In this document: piece by piece, positions 1 to 13,396 of the stretch | Layout: each line of letters begins with the position of its first letter | Numbering within the stretch: position 1 is the stretch's first letter | Source of the DNA: Lama guanicoe | Lineage: Eukaryota | Direction: 5' to 3' | DNA length: 64,000 nt | Assembly: GCA_013239625.1 (NCBI GenBank) | Contig: MU053629.1 | Span: 1,205,567 to 1,269,566, forward strand | The notes under the pieces: model-generated | Told to the model about the DNA's origin: nothing | Databases searched by the model: none | The model's input: only the letters and a program-made list of their open reading frames with translations | Translations under genes and position numbers: made by a program

Positions 1-2268
1 ACGGCTATACCACAATTTGTCTCTCCATTCGTAGGGTTGCTTTTTGTTGTAGGTTAAATATTTGACTCTGGGTAGCTTCCGTAAAATAAGTTGTTGAGCG
101 AAATAAAGCATTGGAGTTTCTCCTGTACGGGTTTTAGAAAATTAACTGTGAACTGAGCTGGTGTGAGAGGAAGTTAGAGATGATACAGCCTGGTTTCCTG
201 GAAACAAGGGTCTGGGGGCGAACGAGGCTATGATTTGTAATAAGCTTCTGAACAGAAAGGGAAAACTTCAAATAATCGTGATAATAAAGGCATGTTCCCT
301 ACAAGGTGATGAAGCAATGTTCCCTGGGACCGACAGAAAATTGGTGGGAGAGCAAATAATGTGAGCAGGGCTGCCTCGGTGACAGGCGCCTTTCCTGGCA
401 GAGGGAGAGGCTGGAAAATGTCACAGGTGCTTCTCATTGTCAGTGTGGCTGCCGCCTCCGGCCGGCAAAAAGCTGCTCTTGTCTCCCGCCCTCTCCCCAT
501 TCACCTTCTCAGCGCTTGTCTTTGCTGAAAGTGTGAGGCTGTGGGTGAGGAGCTGTGGTTTGATTTGGCGGATAGACGGTAGGTCAGGGACTGGCCTGGA
601 ATCTAAGTTGAATGCCGCCCTGAACAGGGCTTCTAGTTGTGGACTTTCGATATCTGTTTACTAGGACAAGTACCTCCCCTTCCCTCCCGCTCTCATTCCT
701 TGCCTCCCCTTGGCAGCCAAGCATCTATAAGGATTGTCTACAGCGCTCACTTCGGCATCTCCACTTCCCGCTCAGACCTCACTGCTCGGGGGCTCTGATT
801 TCCAGACTCACATCCCACTGAATTCAGATAGACTCTTCAGCCCTCCTTCTTCTTGCAGCCCTCGCTCCCAGTCCCCCCACTCTTTCTGAACCCCTCTTCT
901 CCAGGTTTCTGGGGACATTGCTCTGTTTGAGTTGTGCCCCACTCTCTGTAGCTGTCTGCCCTTTAATGTCAGCTGCCCCCGTGGTTTTGTCCTTGGCTCT
1001 TTCTTTCTCACTCACACTCCCCTGGAGTGATCCTGCCCCTCCCATGGCTTCAACCACCCCTGCCCTGCCCGGGGTTTCCTCCTGAGCCCCAGGCCCATCG
1101 CCTGCTGGACATGCCCACTGGATGCTCCTTGGCTTCCTACAATTGGACGTGGCTGGAGGGGGAGGCAGACGGGGAAACAATTTGAAAAATAACCACATCC
1201 ACTATCTCGTGCCCTCATCGTCCTCCCTCCAAAACCTCCTCCACCTCCTTTGAGGTCCTCCATCTCAGCTAGGGTACTGCTCACCACACCCAAAGCTGGG
1301 AATCACAGCCAACACCTTCCTCGCCTCTTCTTTGGCCTCCATTTCTAGGCACAGAGACATAATTTTACTCTTTTAGGTGTCTTTTAAAAATGTTTATTTA
1401 AAAAAAATTTAAACACAGGAAATTCCTAAGAATAACATGATGAATTCTCATATACTCTTCACCTAGAATCACTAGTTGCTCACTTTTTGCCACATCTGCT
1501 TTGTTACTCTCTCTATACCCGTACATGTATGTTGTCATTATTATTTCTGAACAATGAGCAGTCAGGAAATTTAACAATTAATACAATACTCCCATCTAAT
1601 ATATAATCAATATTCAAATGTTCACACTCAATCTCACAGCATCTTCCATAGATCATCTATGACGTATAAAAGGGGAAATGTAATAGTAAAATGGAGCGCT
1701 ATCAGGAGCTGTAAGATATTATCGTCAGCATGTGACCAAAATTACCACCAACAGTGGGACAACTGATGTCTCACGTGCCCCTGATGCAGAGCCCGGTGAA
1801 GGACACACCACTTCCGGGCTCTTCATGCCCAGAACAGACAACGTGAATCTCATGAGAAACCCTCTGACCAACCCAGATGGAGAGACATTCTGTGTGATAT
1901 CTGGTCTACATGCTCCAGGAACGTCAAGGGCATGAGGGAGCTAACGAGGTGCCACAAATAAATGCAATGGGTTATCTGAACTGACTCCCAGATTGGGGGA
2001 AAAAATGCTATCAAGGACCATATACGTTTCTTTTAAGCTTGGCCTTCATCTGCCCCTACTGGCACAGGTCTGCTCAAATGCATAGCTCCCTTCAGCCTGC
2101 AGCCCTCCCCTCCCCACACGAATGCACCCCTGAGCCAGACATTTCTTTGCTGAAAGTTCTTCAGTGACTCCTGGAAACTTCAGGATTAATCCCAAGGTCT
2201 GGGGTGCAGCCCACAAGCCCCTCGTCATCCCACCCCACTCTCCAGCCTTTGCTCTCTCCACTTCCATC

Positions 2269-2742
2269 TGTCAGAAACTGGCGGGGGCGGGGGGGCTAAG
2301 ACTTCACCCAGACTGACAAGCTATCCTGCCTCTGTTTCATGGGGGCTGAAGACGCGAGACTCTTGAGTCGGAGACAAAGGACAGTTTAACACAGCGCTAG
2401 CACGGTGTCATTAGTGCCTGTTTCCCGAGCCCCAGTTCCACAGCGTGATGGAATGAGGGCCTTGTAACACTGCACTTGCAAACTGCCCAGCGTAATGCGC
2501 GTCCCTTCCAGCTTAGCAAACACCAGTGTTTACAGGGGGCAGTTAGCAAACTTGCCCAACCTCTGCCTCCAAGAGAGACATTATTTTACTGGACAGCAAA
2601 CAGATCTGCTCTCTGCCCTGGAGGGAGACACCATCTCGATCTTATAAGACGATCTGCTACATAAATATGCTTGAAAAGATAGTCTGGAACAAAAGCTGTC
2701 AGAGCCTCTGCTCACAGACCCAGGGAGAATGTCTTCCCTGCA
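2269..2742 (-). mobile_element. Old ERV (ERVL-class) solo LTR
   Basis: TG...CA ends with roughly duplicated 5-bp flanks (ccatc/ccact). The segment 'cttgaaaagatagtctggaacaaaagctgtcagagcctctgctcaca' resembles eutherian ERVL LTRs as I recall them. Confidence 0.5.
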
Positions 2743-3614
2743 CCACTCCTCCCACGAGGCCGCTGCCAGCCTGACTGTCTAACTGCACCCCGCACTCCCA
2801 TCTGGTTCGGGATCCCTGTTGCCTGCAGTGGAATGCCATCATCATCCCTAGAATGCACCCCACCCGAGTGTGTAAACACTCATGCACTCTCCTTGCCCTT
2901 CTAGCCCCTTTATCTTTAAAGAATCAGCTCCTCGGGCAGCCCCGGCAGCCACCCTCGCCCCCAAAGGTAGAATTCCTGCCCCCCCCCCGTTTCCACAGCA
3001 CATTATCATAGCACCTAACCTGCTCCACTGTGATGACCCGTTTACACGTCTGCTTGCCCCTCAGCTTTCGGTGCAGGGGCTGTGTCCTGCTTGCCCCTCA
3101 TCCCCAGTGACCAGCCCACAAAGGGCATTATCAAGGACTGGTGGAAGGAAGAAGTGAATCAGTGAATAAACTGTTACTTTAAAGCTGCCAGCAGTTTCTT
3201 CCTGTCGCTTGAGGGGGAGCAGGATGTCAAACCCCACAAAGCTGGGAAACGTGCACGTGGTAACGGGCAGCCAGGTAGGGGGTTCATAAGTGGTTTCTGC
3301 ATTCTGGGGGAGGGGCCAGAAATTTGTCCTTGAGGGGGGTGGGATGGAGCACTTTGATGAGCCCTCTTGGTGACACAGCCACGAGGCAGGTAACTAGCCA
3401 GCGTTTCTGAGAAAGCACAGCCCCGGCTGTAAGAGTCCGACTGCTGGCACTTCAGGCTGAGATGCCAAGCCTCCTCTGCAGCGATCCCGGGATACAAGCT
3501 AGATGCACCTTGAAGCGTCTGTGCCCTTGCCTAGAAAACTGTTTTTCTAAATACGGATTTAGCTGTCCGCCTGGGACGCAGTTGCCCTACCTGTGATGAT
3601 GTTTCAGACTAAGC

Positions 3615-3826
3615 CAGTGGTTCCCAACAGGAGTGATTTGGCCCCCTGGGGACATCCGGCAACATCTGGAGGCATTTTTGGCAACACAACAAGGGATGCT
3701 TTTGGCATCTAGCAGGTAGACGAGATGGCCAGGGATGCTGCAGAACATCCGACACAGCCCAGGGCGGCCCTCCACAAAGAACCATCCTGCCCCAGATGTC
3801 AGCAGGGCAGAGGCTGAGAAGCCCTG
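3615..3826. mobile_element. MER20 (hAT-Charlie MITE)
   Basis: cagtggttcccaac...ggggacatccggcaacatctggaggcatttttgg...gaggctgagaagccctg matches the MER20 layout. Confidence 0.8.
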
Positions 3827-4243
3827 AACCAGACTGTTGTGATTGCCTCGTCTGGGCCGCGCAGAAGGAAGGAGCAGATCACACGCTGCAGGGAAGGTTT
3901 CTCTGGAAAAGAATTAGGTGCTGTCACTGTCAGTCATCCTGGGGCAGGAAAGAGGAATGGAAGCTTGGCCTCAGGGAAGCAGAAAAACAGGACTCCAGGC
4001 TAGGAGAGCATGCTGGGCGCCTACCACGTGATGGTCGGACGTTTCCAGGAGAAGGGATGATGGTTGCCCTCGGGGAGGACTGAAGACAGAGGTACCTGTG
4101 TCAGATTTTTGTTTCCTGCTATAGTTGCCTGTGTCATCGCAGGACTCAATCAAATTTTGTTAAACTCCAAGGCCCCATGAGCTGTTGTTCTCTTAAAACT
4201 ACCACGCAATGAGCACTTACTACGTGCTGGGCATCCTTCCATA

Positions 4244-4463
4244 TCAGAGGTTGGCTAACATTTTCTGCAGAAGGCCAGATAGTAAATGTTTTGAGCTTTG
4301 TGAGCTATGTAGTCCCTGTAACACTACCCATCTCCGCTGTTGTCAAAACAAAACACCAGCCACAGAGAATATACAGATGAGTATAGCTGTGTTCCAAGAA
4401 AATGTTACTTACAAAAACAGCTGTTGGACTGGGTTTGGCCCATGGGCCATAGTTCACCAGTCC
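4244..4463. mobile_element. MER58A-like hAT MITE
   Basis: cagaggttggctaacattttctg...ggccagatagtaaat...gctgtgttccaag...ggcccatgggccatagtt. Confidence 0.75.
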
Positions 4464-7400
4464 TCATTCTGTGTGCTTAACAGGTGCTGATTAACCCCCA
4501 CAGCAGAGGTCCTATGTTCTCATTAAGCAGATGAGGTGCTGAAGCACAGAGGCTGGGTGGCCTTCCCAAAGTCAGAGGGCCAGGAAGCAGCAAGGCCGGG
4601 CTCCGGCCCTGACCCCCACGATCTCCCCCACAGCAGCCTTTGGAGGGTCGGGAGCCTGAGCAGTGGCAGCGGTTCTGAGGTGGCGAGAGGGGCCCAGCAG
4701 ATGAGCCCCGGCAATGGTCCCGAGCTAGAGGGGAGAAGCAGCAATGGGGGGATTGACCTTGTAAACATTCCCGGGGGGGTCTGGAAATAACAAAAAGAGG
4801 AAATCTGATGAAAGATGTGGAATTCTGCAGTTACCCAGGGGGGACCCTGAACTCAAGAGAAGGCTGACTGGCCCCTAAACGCTGACCTGATGTTGAGCCA
4901 ATTCTTCACTCACCAGCTTTCACAGTGAGGAAGTCCTTTCTGATATCTAACCTACAGCACTCTTGCTGTTATTTAAAGCCGCTCCCTCGGTTTTCCATTT
5001 TAGGGAGAAAACTTATTATTTCTTTTGGTTCTTCTCACACCTGAAGAGCTTCACCCAGGCTACTTCTGCCTCCCTTCCAGACGGGCGCAAAGTGCAGCAG
5101 GAAGGTCAAGGGTTTTGGAGCTGTGGGCTAAGCTGCCAATCACAGCTCTGCCGCCCACTGGCTGTTTGACCTTGACTGTATCTCTTAGATCCCCTGAGCG
5201 CCGCTTACAAAATGGAAGTGGCAGTACCCAGCAGCAGTACCCAGGGCTGCAGGGAAGAATAAACGTGGTAGGGTAAGATCGGCGTCTATTCACGATGAAC
5301 TCCCATGACAAGCTGGCTCCCAGGCCCTTCTAGGACTGGTCTCAGTCCTCCTTTTTTTCTTAAGGGCTGTTTTCCAACCTTGTAGACCGAGTCCTACCCT
5401 TCATCTCGCCAAAAAACAAATCTAGGGCTCCCTGTGTGTCTCCTTTTACTTCTCATGAGATACGTATGGTGGTGGTGGCATTTCGTTTCAGTCTGGTTTC
5501 ACCTCTGAAATCCTACCATCCCAGATCAAGTGCCTTCCCTGGTGCCTTCCCTGACTCCCAGAGCCAAAAGCAAATAGAGGAACCAACCGTTCTTCCCTCA
5601 TTCACTCAACAGAATTTTCCCGAGCGAGTTTGTAAACCCAAGACAAACATCTCAGCACCTGATAAGTTTCCAAGAAAACCTGTAGTATCTGTTGGGCGGC
5701 GGATAGATGCTCAGTTCAGTTTCCTAGACCCCTTTTCTTTAATCTTTGACTGAAACATAAAAGCATGTGGCATGCAATTCCTTTAATAGCTGAGAGCCAG
5801 CTGAGAGTTGAAATCCAAAGGAAGCAAGTGCAAAAGCCTGAAAAGAAATACCATCACCCTTATCATTCTGCGTCTGAGTTCTAAAGACCCATGGGAGAAG
5901 CTTCCTTCAGACCGCTGTACCAGGAAAAGCTGTACTTCCTTGGCGCACCTGGCTTGTTTTGTACCTGAAGACAGCTTAACATAGATCCTGTAACTAACCG
6001 AAAAAAAAATCAACAAATGTTTCCTGAGCACCTCCCCTGGGGAGGCTCTGTGCCTCTGCCCAGGCAGCCCCTTTGGGGAGGGGGTCCCTCTGCACACGCT
6101 GTGCCTTATGTTCGCCTTCTAGATAACTCTCCTTGAGGCTAGAAAGGGCGCCTGCTCACCCCAGTGCCCCTCGGAGGCCCTAGAACACTGCCCTGCTTGG
6201 AGCAAGCTCATGCTCAAAAACCACCATGGAGGGAAAACGTTCTCCAATGGTAACTGGCAAGTTAGCCTTAGCTGGAGAGCGAGCACTTGGTTATTAATCC
6301 AAGAGGGACCGGTGGTTCTTGAGGCAGTTATGTGAAGGGAGAGCATTTAATTCTGCAGTTCTCAATGGTTTTTTTCTAGGGTGTAATGAGTTTTCTGACC
6401 AGGCATCTTTGCACACACAGTCCTCCCTGCACACATTTCATGCTCAGCTTTACTCAGTGTAGGGGAGCATTCCCTATAGAAACGTGTAAGCATTACATCA
6501 AAAGGCTCTTCAAGAGCTAGGAGACTCTTGGGGAGCTGCCAAAAGGAAGCACAGAGGGGCAGCTTTAAGATCTCACCCTGGCATCCTGTAAGCAGTGAGA
6601 CGCAAACACACATTCCCGTAGCTCAGAAACCAGCAGGGCGGCTCACTCCAAATTCAAGGTGCAGGAAACGGAGGCGTGAGTGTGTGTGGGTATGGGCACA
6701 TCTAAGAACGTAGGTACCCGTGAACATGGATGTGGGCGTTCATCCCCATGTGTGCGTGTGTAAATGCACGTGCACCTCTCTCCTGAATCTCCGGGCTCCA
6801 GTCTTGCAGTGCGCTGAGCTCACACAGTGTCCTCACTAGGAGCTGCTTCCTGCCCCCTCCACCGCCCACCCCTGGGGCCACCCACTCTGATCTACTTTTC
6901 TTCTTCATTTTCACGTGTTGTCTATTCCCTGTTCTTCCTTCTAACTCTGATCTTCCCGATTCCAACCAGCACACTCCTTCAGCTGTCCATCCTACCTCCA
7001 AGAATCCGAAAAGGGTATTGATCCATTACTGTCCCTGGAGGACCCCTGACATCTCTCCCAGCCATGTGCTGCCAACAGTAACAGTGCTTGGATTCTATTG
7101 ATTTTTTTTTCCTAGCAACCCTGCTGGTCTTTGATCTACATTTCCCATGAGTGTGTCACAAGGAACCATATCAAATGTTTATGTCAACAGATATTAAGTC
7201 CATTGTGTTTCCTTTAACCACTAAGCCTTTCACGCTGATGTAGGGAAGTAAAGCAAGTTCATTTGGCATAATTTCTTTCTGGCAAATCTGTATTATTTAG
7301 TTAAAAAGAAATCACTTCATTTCCTCAGTGGCTTTTACACAATGCGGTGACATGTCGTGTTGGATACACACTGTGTGGCATAAAATGAGCATCCACCAAA

Positions 7401-7840
7401 TGGTGGGGCAAATGCACAAAAGGGCAACCGGGAGACAGCAGTTCAGCCCCCACTCGGCTCCTCAGCCCTAGGGCACTTGACATCTCTGAGTTTTCCACGC
7501 CTCCTTTGTGAATGGAGGTGGGGCTTGGCTGCAGCAGCTCTCCCCACTGGGGTCCCACCTGGGCAACAGTGGCAGTCTGGATGCTGATTTCAGTACCTCA
7601 TGGAGCCCAGCAGAGATGGGCACTCACCCACCATCAGGCTGTTCCGGCCAATTACATTGTTAGGTGTCCACGTTTCAGGCTGAGTTACATCAACAGGGCA
7701 GGACCCCTACTCCATCTCTGCACCCCTCTGGTCCCCCTTCCTCCAGTGTTTCACACTCAATTCACTCTCCACTCTGCAGCCAGGATGATCTTTCTAAAAT
7801 GCTTATCTGATTGCCTCAGTTTGCTACTTAGAACGCTCCA

Positions 7841-8022
7841 GATACACACTACAATATATAAAATAAACAACAAGGTCCTACTGTAGAGCACAGGGAGCTA
7901 TATTCAATATCTTATAATAACCTGTAATGAAAAAGAATATATATATGTGTCCCTGAATCACCATGCTGTACACCAGAAACTAACACAACATTGTAAATCA
8001 ACTACACTTCAATTAAAAAAAA
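7841..8022 (+). mobile_element. 5'-truncated L1 3' end inserted in an older L2-like fragment
   Basis: L1 3' UTR text (caacaaggtcctactgtagagcacagg...caactacacttcaattaaaaa), a poly(A) tail and TSD aacgctcca/aatgctcca. Confidence 0.85.
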
Positions 8023-9685
8023 AATGCTCCATCAGTCCCCTGCTGCCTCCAGACTGAGGTCCCACCTCCCCAGCTGGATCATTAGCTCCTCGCACTCTGG
8101 CCCTGGCCCACCTCCCCAGCCCTTCCCTCCTCACTGACATCCCTGGTAGTCCCCAAAATCTACCAGCCTAGATGACCATTGCCCAATCTATCCCTTTCCC
8201 CTAAAGGCCCTTGCAACCCCTATCCTTTGCCTGGCTAGCTTTATGTATCCTGCAGGTCTCAGCTTGGACATCACCTCCTCCAGGAAGCCCTGTCTAATCC
8301 TTTCCTGAAGCACTAAGTGGCGTCTCTTCCGTGCTTCATCTCTCTGCATCGTCAGGCCCTGACTAATTCACTGTCTCCTCCCAGATTCCCAGTCCCAGTG
8401 GTAGGGACCACACCTTATTCATCATTTCCTTAGCGCAGAGTCTAATACTTGGCACTGAGTATTTACAGAGTAAATATGGAATAAATGTTATCTTGGGCTA
8501 ACTGAAAACTTTGATTGATTTTTGTAGCTGTCTTTGATTAGTAACAAGTGGAGAAAACAATTTCATTAAAGATTAATTTGTTAAAACTTTTAAACAATGG
8601 TATCCAGGGAGGAAGGCAGAAGAAAAGACTGATGAACACATAGGGTTCCATTACTTTCAGGCCCCTCTAGATAATAATCCCAGACATTTATTTGTATAAC
8701 ATTTTGGCTCAGGATCAGGAAAAATACCTATAAACTAAAAGGGCACTGGTAATGAAGACTCCAGATTTGCAGGTCAAAGAAGAGACAGTTAAGTTAGAGT
8801 CACTACTTTGCCTCTGGGCTTCCTGGTGGCCAAAGCCAAAAGAGGAAGCAGACATTTGCGTGACTGCCTCAGACTTGCTACAAAACATCTTTGTTCCACA
8901 ACCTTCAGAGTCACCTTTTCTCCTTTCTCTACTTCTCACGCAGTTCCTAGAAGATGGGGCACACAGGAGGGGCCTCCCAACAAAAGCACCAGGCACCATT
9001 TGCCAACGTCACGGTTGCCTGCTAGAAGTAAACCTCACACTCATCATAATAACGGAGCCCTTTCTGAGGCAACTGTCCCAGAAGGTGGGGGCAACGTGAC
9101 CATTTGCCCTGAAACTAACCGCAGGCATCTTTACGAGATCTGGGTGGGTCTCCTCCCATTCGCCCAAAAGTCACACAACTGACCTAGTCACAAGTTAATG
9201 ATTGCAAAATCATCTAAAAAGCTAAATGAACCATTTTAGTTAGAGTTATGATGCCAGTTCTGAGTCAACCTTTATAGACACAAGGAGGTGGCAGCTCGTA
9301 TTTGTTCCTTCCTGGTTGGTATAAATCAACTGCTTGCCAGGTAATTGGAAAGCTTGATTCTCAAAAAACACTTCTGTAAACTAAAATAAGCTAACTTGTT
9401 TCCAAATACTGATAATACTGACCCAACACCACTAAAAAGTGTAAGTGAACTGTGAACTGTAGCTTGACTGAAAATTGGGAAAAGTTACAGTTCCAAATCT
9501 AATCTGAGCCCCCATCATTCCTATGTGCTTTGTCGAACAGCGTGCAGATTAGCCATTATTTTTACACTTTTTTTGCTGCCACCATTTTCACTATTTAATT
9601 GTTGAAATCAAATCATGTCCGCTCCTTGCTTCGTGTTCTTGGCGTCTAACAGGGTGCTTCTTGGTGAGCATTTGTGGAACGGGTA

Positions 9686-10251
9686 CCGTATTTCATTGAT
9701 TCCAGATGCCACTGATTATGACATATCCCAGTTACAGAGATGTGTGAAATAAAATTCATATTTTAAGGCAAGACAAGAGAATTTAAATATAAAAAATTCT
9801 TTGCTGCCCTTCGGCCCCCTCTCTCCCCCAACCGTACACTGCGTATGTGCATCATGGATCCCCCATCGGCAGGAGTACCTGCTCAACCATAAAGAGCAAT
9901 TTTTCTCCTGGTATTAACAAGAGGACTTCTTGAAAGATACCATTTCTACTTGAGCTTGTAAAGAGTGGCATGACCCATCAGGTGGATGCTTAGATCTCCC
10001 TTATGTCAACTGTCAGTAACACATCATTTGATGTACAGCCTTGTCTCAAAAAACTTACAAAACTCTGCCTTGATTTCTAACCGGCAGAACAGTTCTCAGA
10101 GCTTTTTGAGATGCTCTTTCTGGGTTATAATCCTCAAATTTGGCTCAAATAAAATTTTCCATTTCTTTCTTAGGTCAACTGATTAACTTTTCATCGACAG
10201 ATGCTAAATGTAAAAAAACAAAAGTTGCATCTGAGAATCAGTGAAATATGG
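9686..10251. mobile_element. MER104-like Tc2/mariner MITE split by an LTR
   Basis: Terminal inverted repeats ccgtatttcattgattc (9686-9702) and gaatcagtgaaatatgg (10235-10251). The body is interrupted at 9743-10199. Confidence 0.65.
9743..10199 (+). mobile_element. ERV1-class solo LTR
   Basis: Starts TGTG and ends ACA, with a perfect 4-bp TSD GATG (9739-9742, 10200-10203) and AATAAA at 10148-10153. Confidence 0.8.
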
Positions 10252-11402
10252 TCTTTGTCCACAGCAGGTGCTGGATCTCTTTCTTGGCCCCGGGAAGAGT
10301 CTGGCTGTGCTCCTGAGCGGGCACCCTTTACCCCCGGGGCTGCTCCTGCAGAGGAAGGCAGGAACTGACTGGGAAAGAGGGCCCTTGCTCCCTCTGAGGA
10401 GATGGTAGGAGCCTGCTGAGGCAATCTCCCATCCATTCTTTTCATGGAAAAACAGACTTTCTAGTGTCTGCCTGGGGCGCCTTCTCACACCTGCTCTGAT
10501 TTCAGCCTTTTTGCTTTCAGTCTTTCTTGTGAGCTGGTTTATGCCTCAGGCTCCTCTCTCCCGGTGCTGCCAAGAGCTTTAACTGGCTCCTGGAGGGCTG
10601 GGCCCTGCCCTCATCTGAATGCCTGGGGCTTGAGACCAGCCGAGGGGGCAAGTTTGAGGACAGCCAGAGGCCTGAGGGAGGACCTGGCCAGACCTGCTGC
10701 TAGCTCTTCCCGGTCAGTGCCCACCCTGCAGTGCCCGGGCTTGTCTCTGCCTCTGGTGGGTAAGAGTCCCCGCCTGGGGCTGGGCCTGGGTAGCTCAGAG
10801 CCCCAGCCGCCCAGCCCCCACTGTCTTCCCAGCTCCACTTCTGGCTCAGCCCAGAAGCACAGGGGCAAGTGGGGCCCAGGCTCCACGGGTGGGGCAGGAG
10901 GCAGGGGATGCTCCAGTGACTTCCGCTGCATGGCCATGGCTGTGGAACCGGATGTCTGGTCCCCAGGCGCCAGGGAAGTGCCAGGGTGACTGGCTCCAAC
11001 CCCACCCTGGCCTGAAGGACAAAGTGAGGAAGAGCTTTCTGGCCTGCCAGGCTCTCGGGACAAGAGCTTGGAGCCCTTGTGTTTGGGGCTCTATCTCTTT
11101 TTTGCTCACAAAGGAAACTCCTTTTATTTGTTCAGGATATAAAAAGAATACATCCTCGCTGCTAAAACCTCAAGCAATTCAGAAAAGCACGAAGCAGATC
11201 CTTTCTAACAAAACTCAACGTTTGTTTGGTAGTGTAGCGCTTGTAAGCCTTTCCCCACACACTAGCTAATGTAACTCCACCGTAAGTCTGCAAGGCGAAG
11301 GGAAAGAAGGTGCTTAGCTACACTGAGCGCTGACTATGCACCAGGCACTGTGAGCCTCTTGCTGGACCGTATTTAACCCTCACCAGGGCTCAATCACTAG
11401 TT

Positions 11403-11516
11403 GGAAGGAGGGTGTAGCTCAGTGGTAGAGCACATGCTTATCATGCACAAGATCCTGGGCTCAAGCCCCAGTGCCTCCATTAAAAATTAATAAACTTAAT
11501 TATCCCTCCCGAAAAA
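11403..11516 (+). mobile_element. tRNA-derived SINE (camelid Vic-1 type)
   Basis: ggagggtgtagctcagtggtagagcacatgc...ctgggctcaagccccagtgcctcc plus an A-rich tail; A and B boxes present. Confidence 0.85.
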
Positions 11517-11640
11517 GAATCACCTGGTGATCTTGTTCAAACAGACTGCTGGGCCCAGCCCCAGAGTTTCTGATTTGTAGGTACTGGGATGGGCCCAAGC
11601 ATGTGCCTTCCTGACCAAGTCAGCCATGGTGCTTTTCTTG
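11517..11640. mobile_element. MER5A fragment
   Basis: gaatcacctgg...cagactgctgggcccagccccagagtttctgatt...ggatgggcccaag. Confidence 0.65.
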
Positions 11641-13266
11641 CTGCTGAAGACAGGAAGGGAAGCGTTTGGGTTTTCCCTCCCAGCCCAAGTCCCTGTGCTT
11701 CACTTGTAGTTCTAGCGCTGGGGAAGGGCGTCCTGAGCCCCAGGTGATGCTGCCGATCCAGGCACCACTGAGATAGATGCTATTACAACTCCCATTTTGT
11801 AGCTGGGAAAACTGAGGTTCCGAGAGGTTACGTGCCTTTCCTGAGGCCACACATCCAGAAGGTGGCCTGGCTGACACTTCCAGGAGGTCTGCCTGGCTCT
11901 GGGCTTTGTACACTTTCTCCTTCTTCCTCCTGGTTTTCTGTTTCCCCCACCCCTTACTCCCCTACCCGCTCTCCCCCCCGCCCCCCTCCCCAGGACACTC
12001 TGCCTGCCTTTAGGAACTCACCCGAGCTCCTCTGGCTTTCCCCGCAGCTGGGAAAGGCCAGCTGTGAACACTAAAATGCAGGCAGTTTGGCAGCTGCAGA
12101 CCAAGATCTTCCAGAACACGCAAACCTCAGTTCTGCGACCCAGGAAAGATGAGTGTGCGGACCACGCCATATCCAGGCAGACCCTGGATGTCACAACTTC
12201 AATTAGCAGTAACTGGAACTACAGTGCAGATGTCAGAAATCCTAGTGGGTTGGATTGCTAAGCCTCAGGGGAAGTCCCCAAGACACAGGGACGTGGATTC
12301 AGATCCCTGGTATGAAAAACATGTTCTGGTCTTTCTGGTTCTCCCCCTTTCTCTCCCCCGTAATGCTCCGTGCCTCCTCTCATTTATCCTTAGTATAGCA
12401 GCAGGAATGGGGGAGAAGTCGCTGGGGTGTTTTGAGTTGGCCAGCCCTCTACCTTTGGTAAAGGCTAGAGCTCCCCTTAATGAAATCAGCCTTTTAATTG
12501 CACGAGCTCCCTAACTGCTGTTTTTAGTTCTCCCTTTAGCTCTTAGACTGCCTTTCATACTGCCTTTGAGTGTGAGGGCACATGGTGCCTAAATCTACTA
12601 CGAAGAAATAGAAAATGAAAAGGTTTTCCTCCTAGCTTCCTTCCATGTATCCCACGTCAAGTTCTAGCTTGGGAAGGATGTCGCAACCCCCAGGGATGGT
12701 TTGCTGATATCACCTTAATATTCTAGCAGATTCAGGACAGAAGACGGGTGGAGGCGGGAGCCTGGAGAACCAATGAGGTTTGTCCCAAGGAAGGATCCCT
12801 TCCTAATTCCCAAAGGAAATTCTTTAAGACAGAGAATCAATTGTTTGGAAGAAAGGAGAGCAGCTCTGGGAATGCGGTGGCAATGCCTGGTCACAGGGAG
12901 TCCGGCCAGAGCCCAGGGCTGTCCAGCTATGACTGAGAAGCTGGGCAGAAGGGCCTCTGAGCCCTGTACCGGGCACCCCAGGCTAAGCTACCAGCTTGCC
13001 AGAGCTCCCCGCTCCAGGATGGAGGGGCTGGTCTGCTGGACGCCCTGACTTGGGGACAGGTGGGACTCGCTCATCCTCCAGGAGTGAATCTTGGCTCCCT
13101 TTTCCCATCTCCCATGAAGGTTTGTCTTATTTCTGTCTCTAGCAGACAGTGGTATCTGTGTATTTCTGAACTGGCTCACACTCAAGGATCATCAGAGCAT
13201 CGTCTGGCATCCACAAAGCTGTGGCCCGGTGCCCACTCTGCTCACATGACGTGTGCTTGGGTTGTT

Positions 13267-13396
13267 CGTTTCTTTTGCGGTGGGGGGAGTAATTAGGTTT
13301 ACTTATTTATTTTTAGAGGAGGTACTGGGGATTAAACCCAGGATGTCATGCGTGCTAAGCATGTGCTCTACCACGTGAGCTATACCCTCCCCTCCC
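13267..13396 (-). mobile_element. tRNA-derived SINE (Vic-1 type)
   Basis: Reverse-strand SINE body with TSD cttgggttgtt (13256-13266) / cttgggtcgtt (13397-13407). Confidence 0.88.

Noticed and set aside
228..1293. Several overlapping short ORFs at the window start
   Set aside because: Translations resemble no family I recognise and there is no consistent exon structure.
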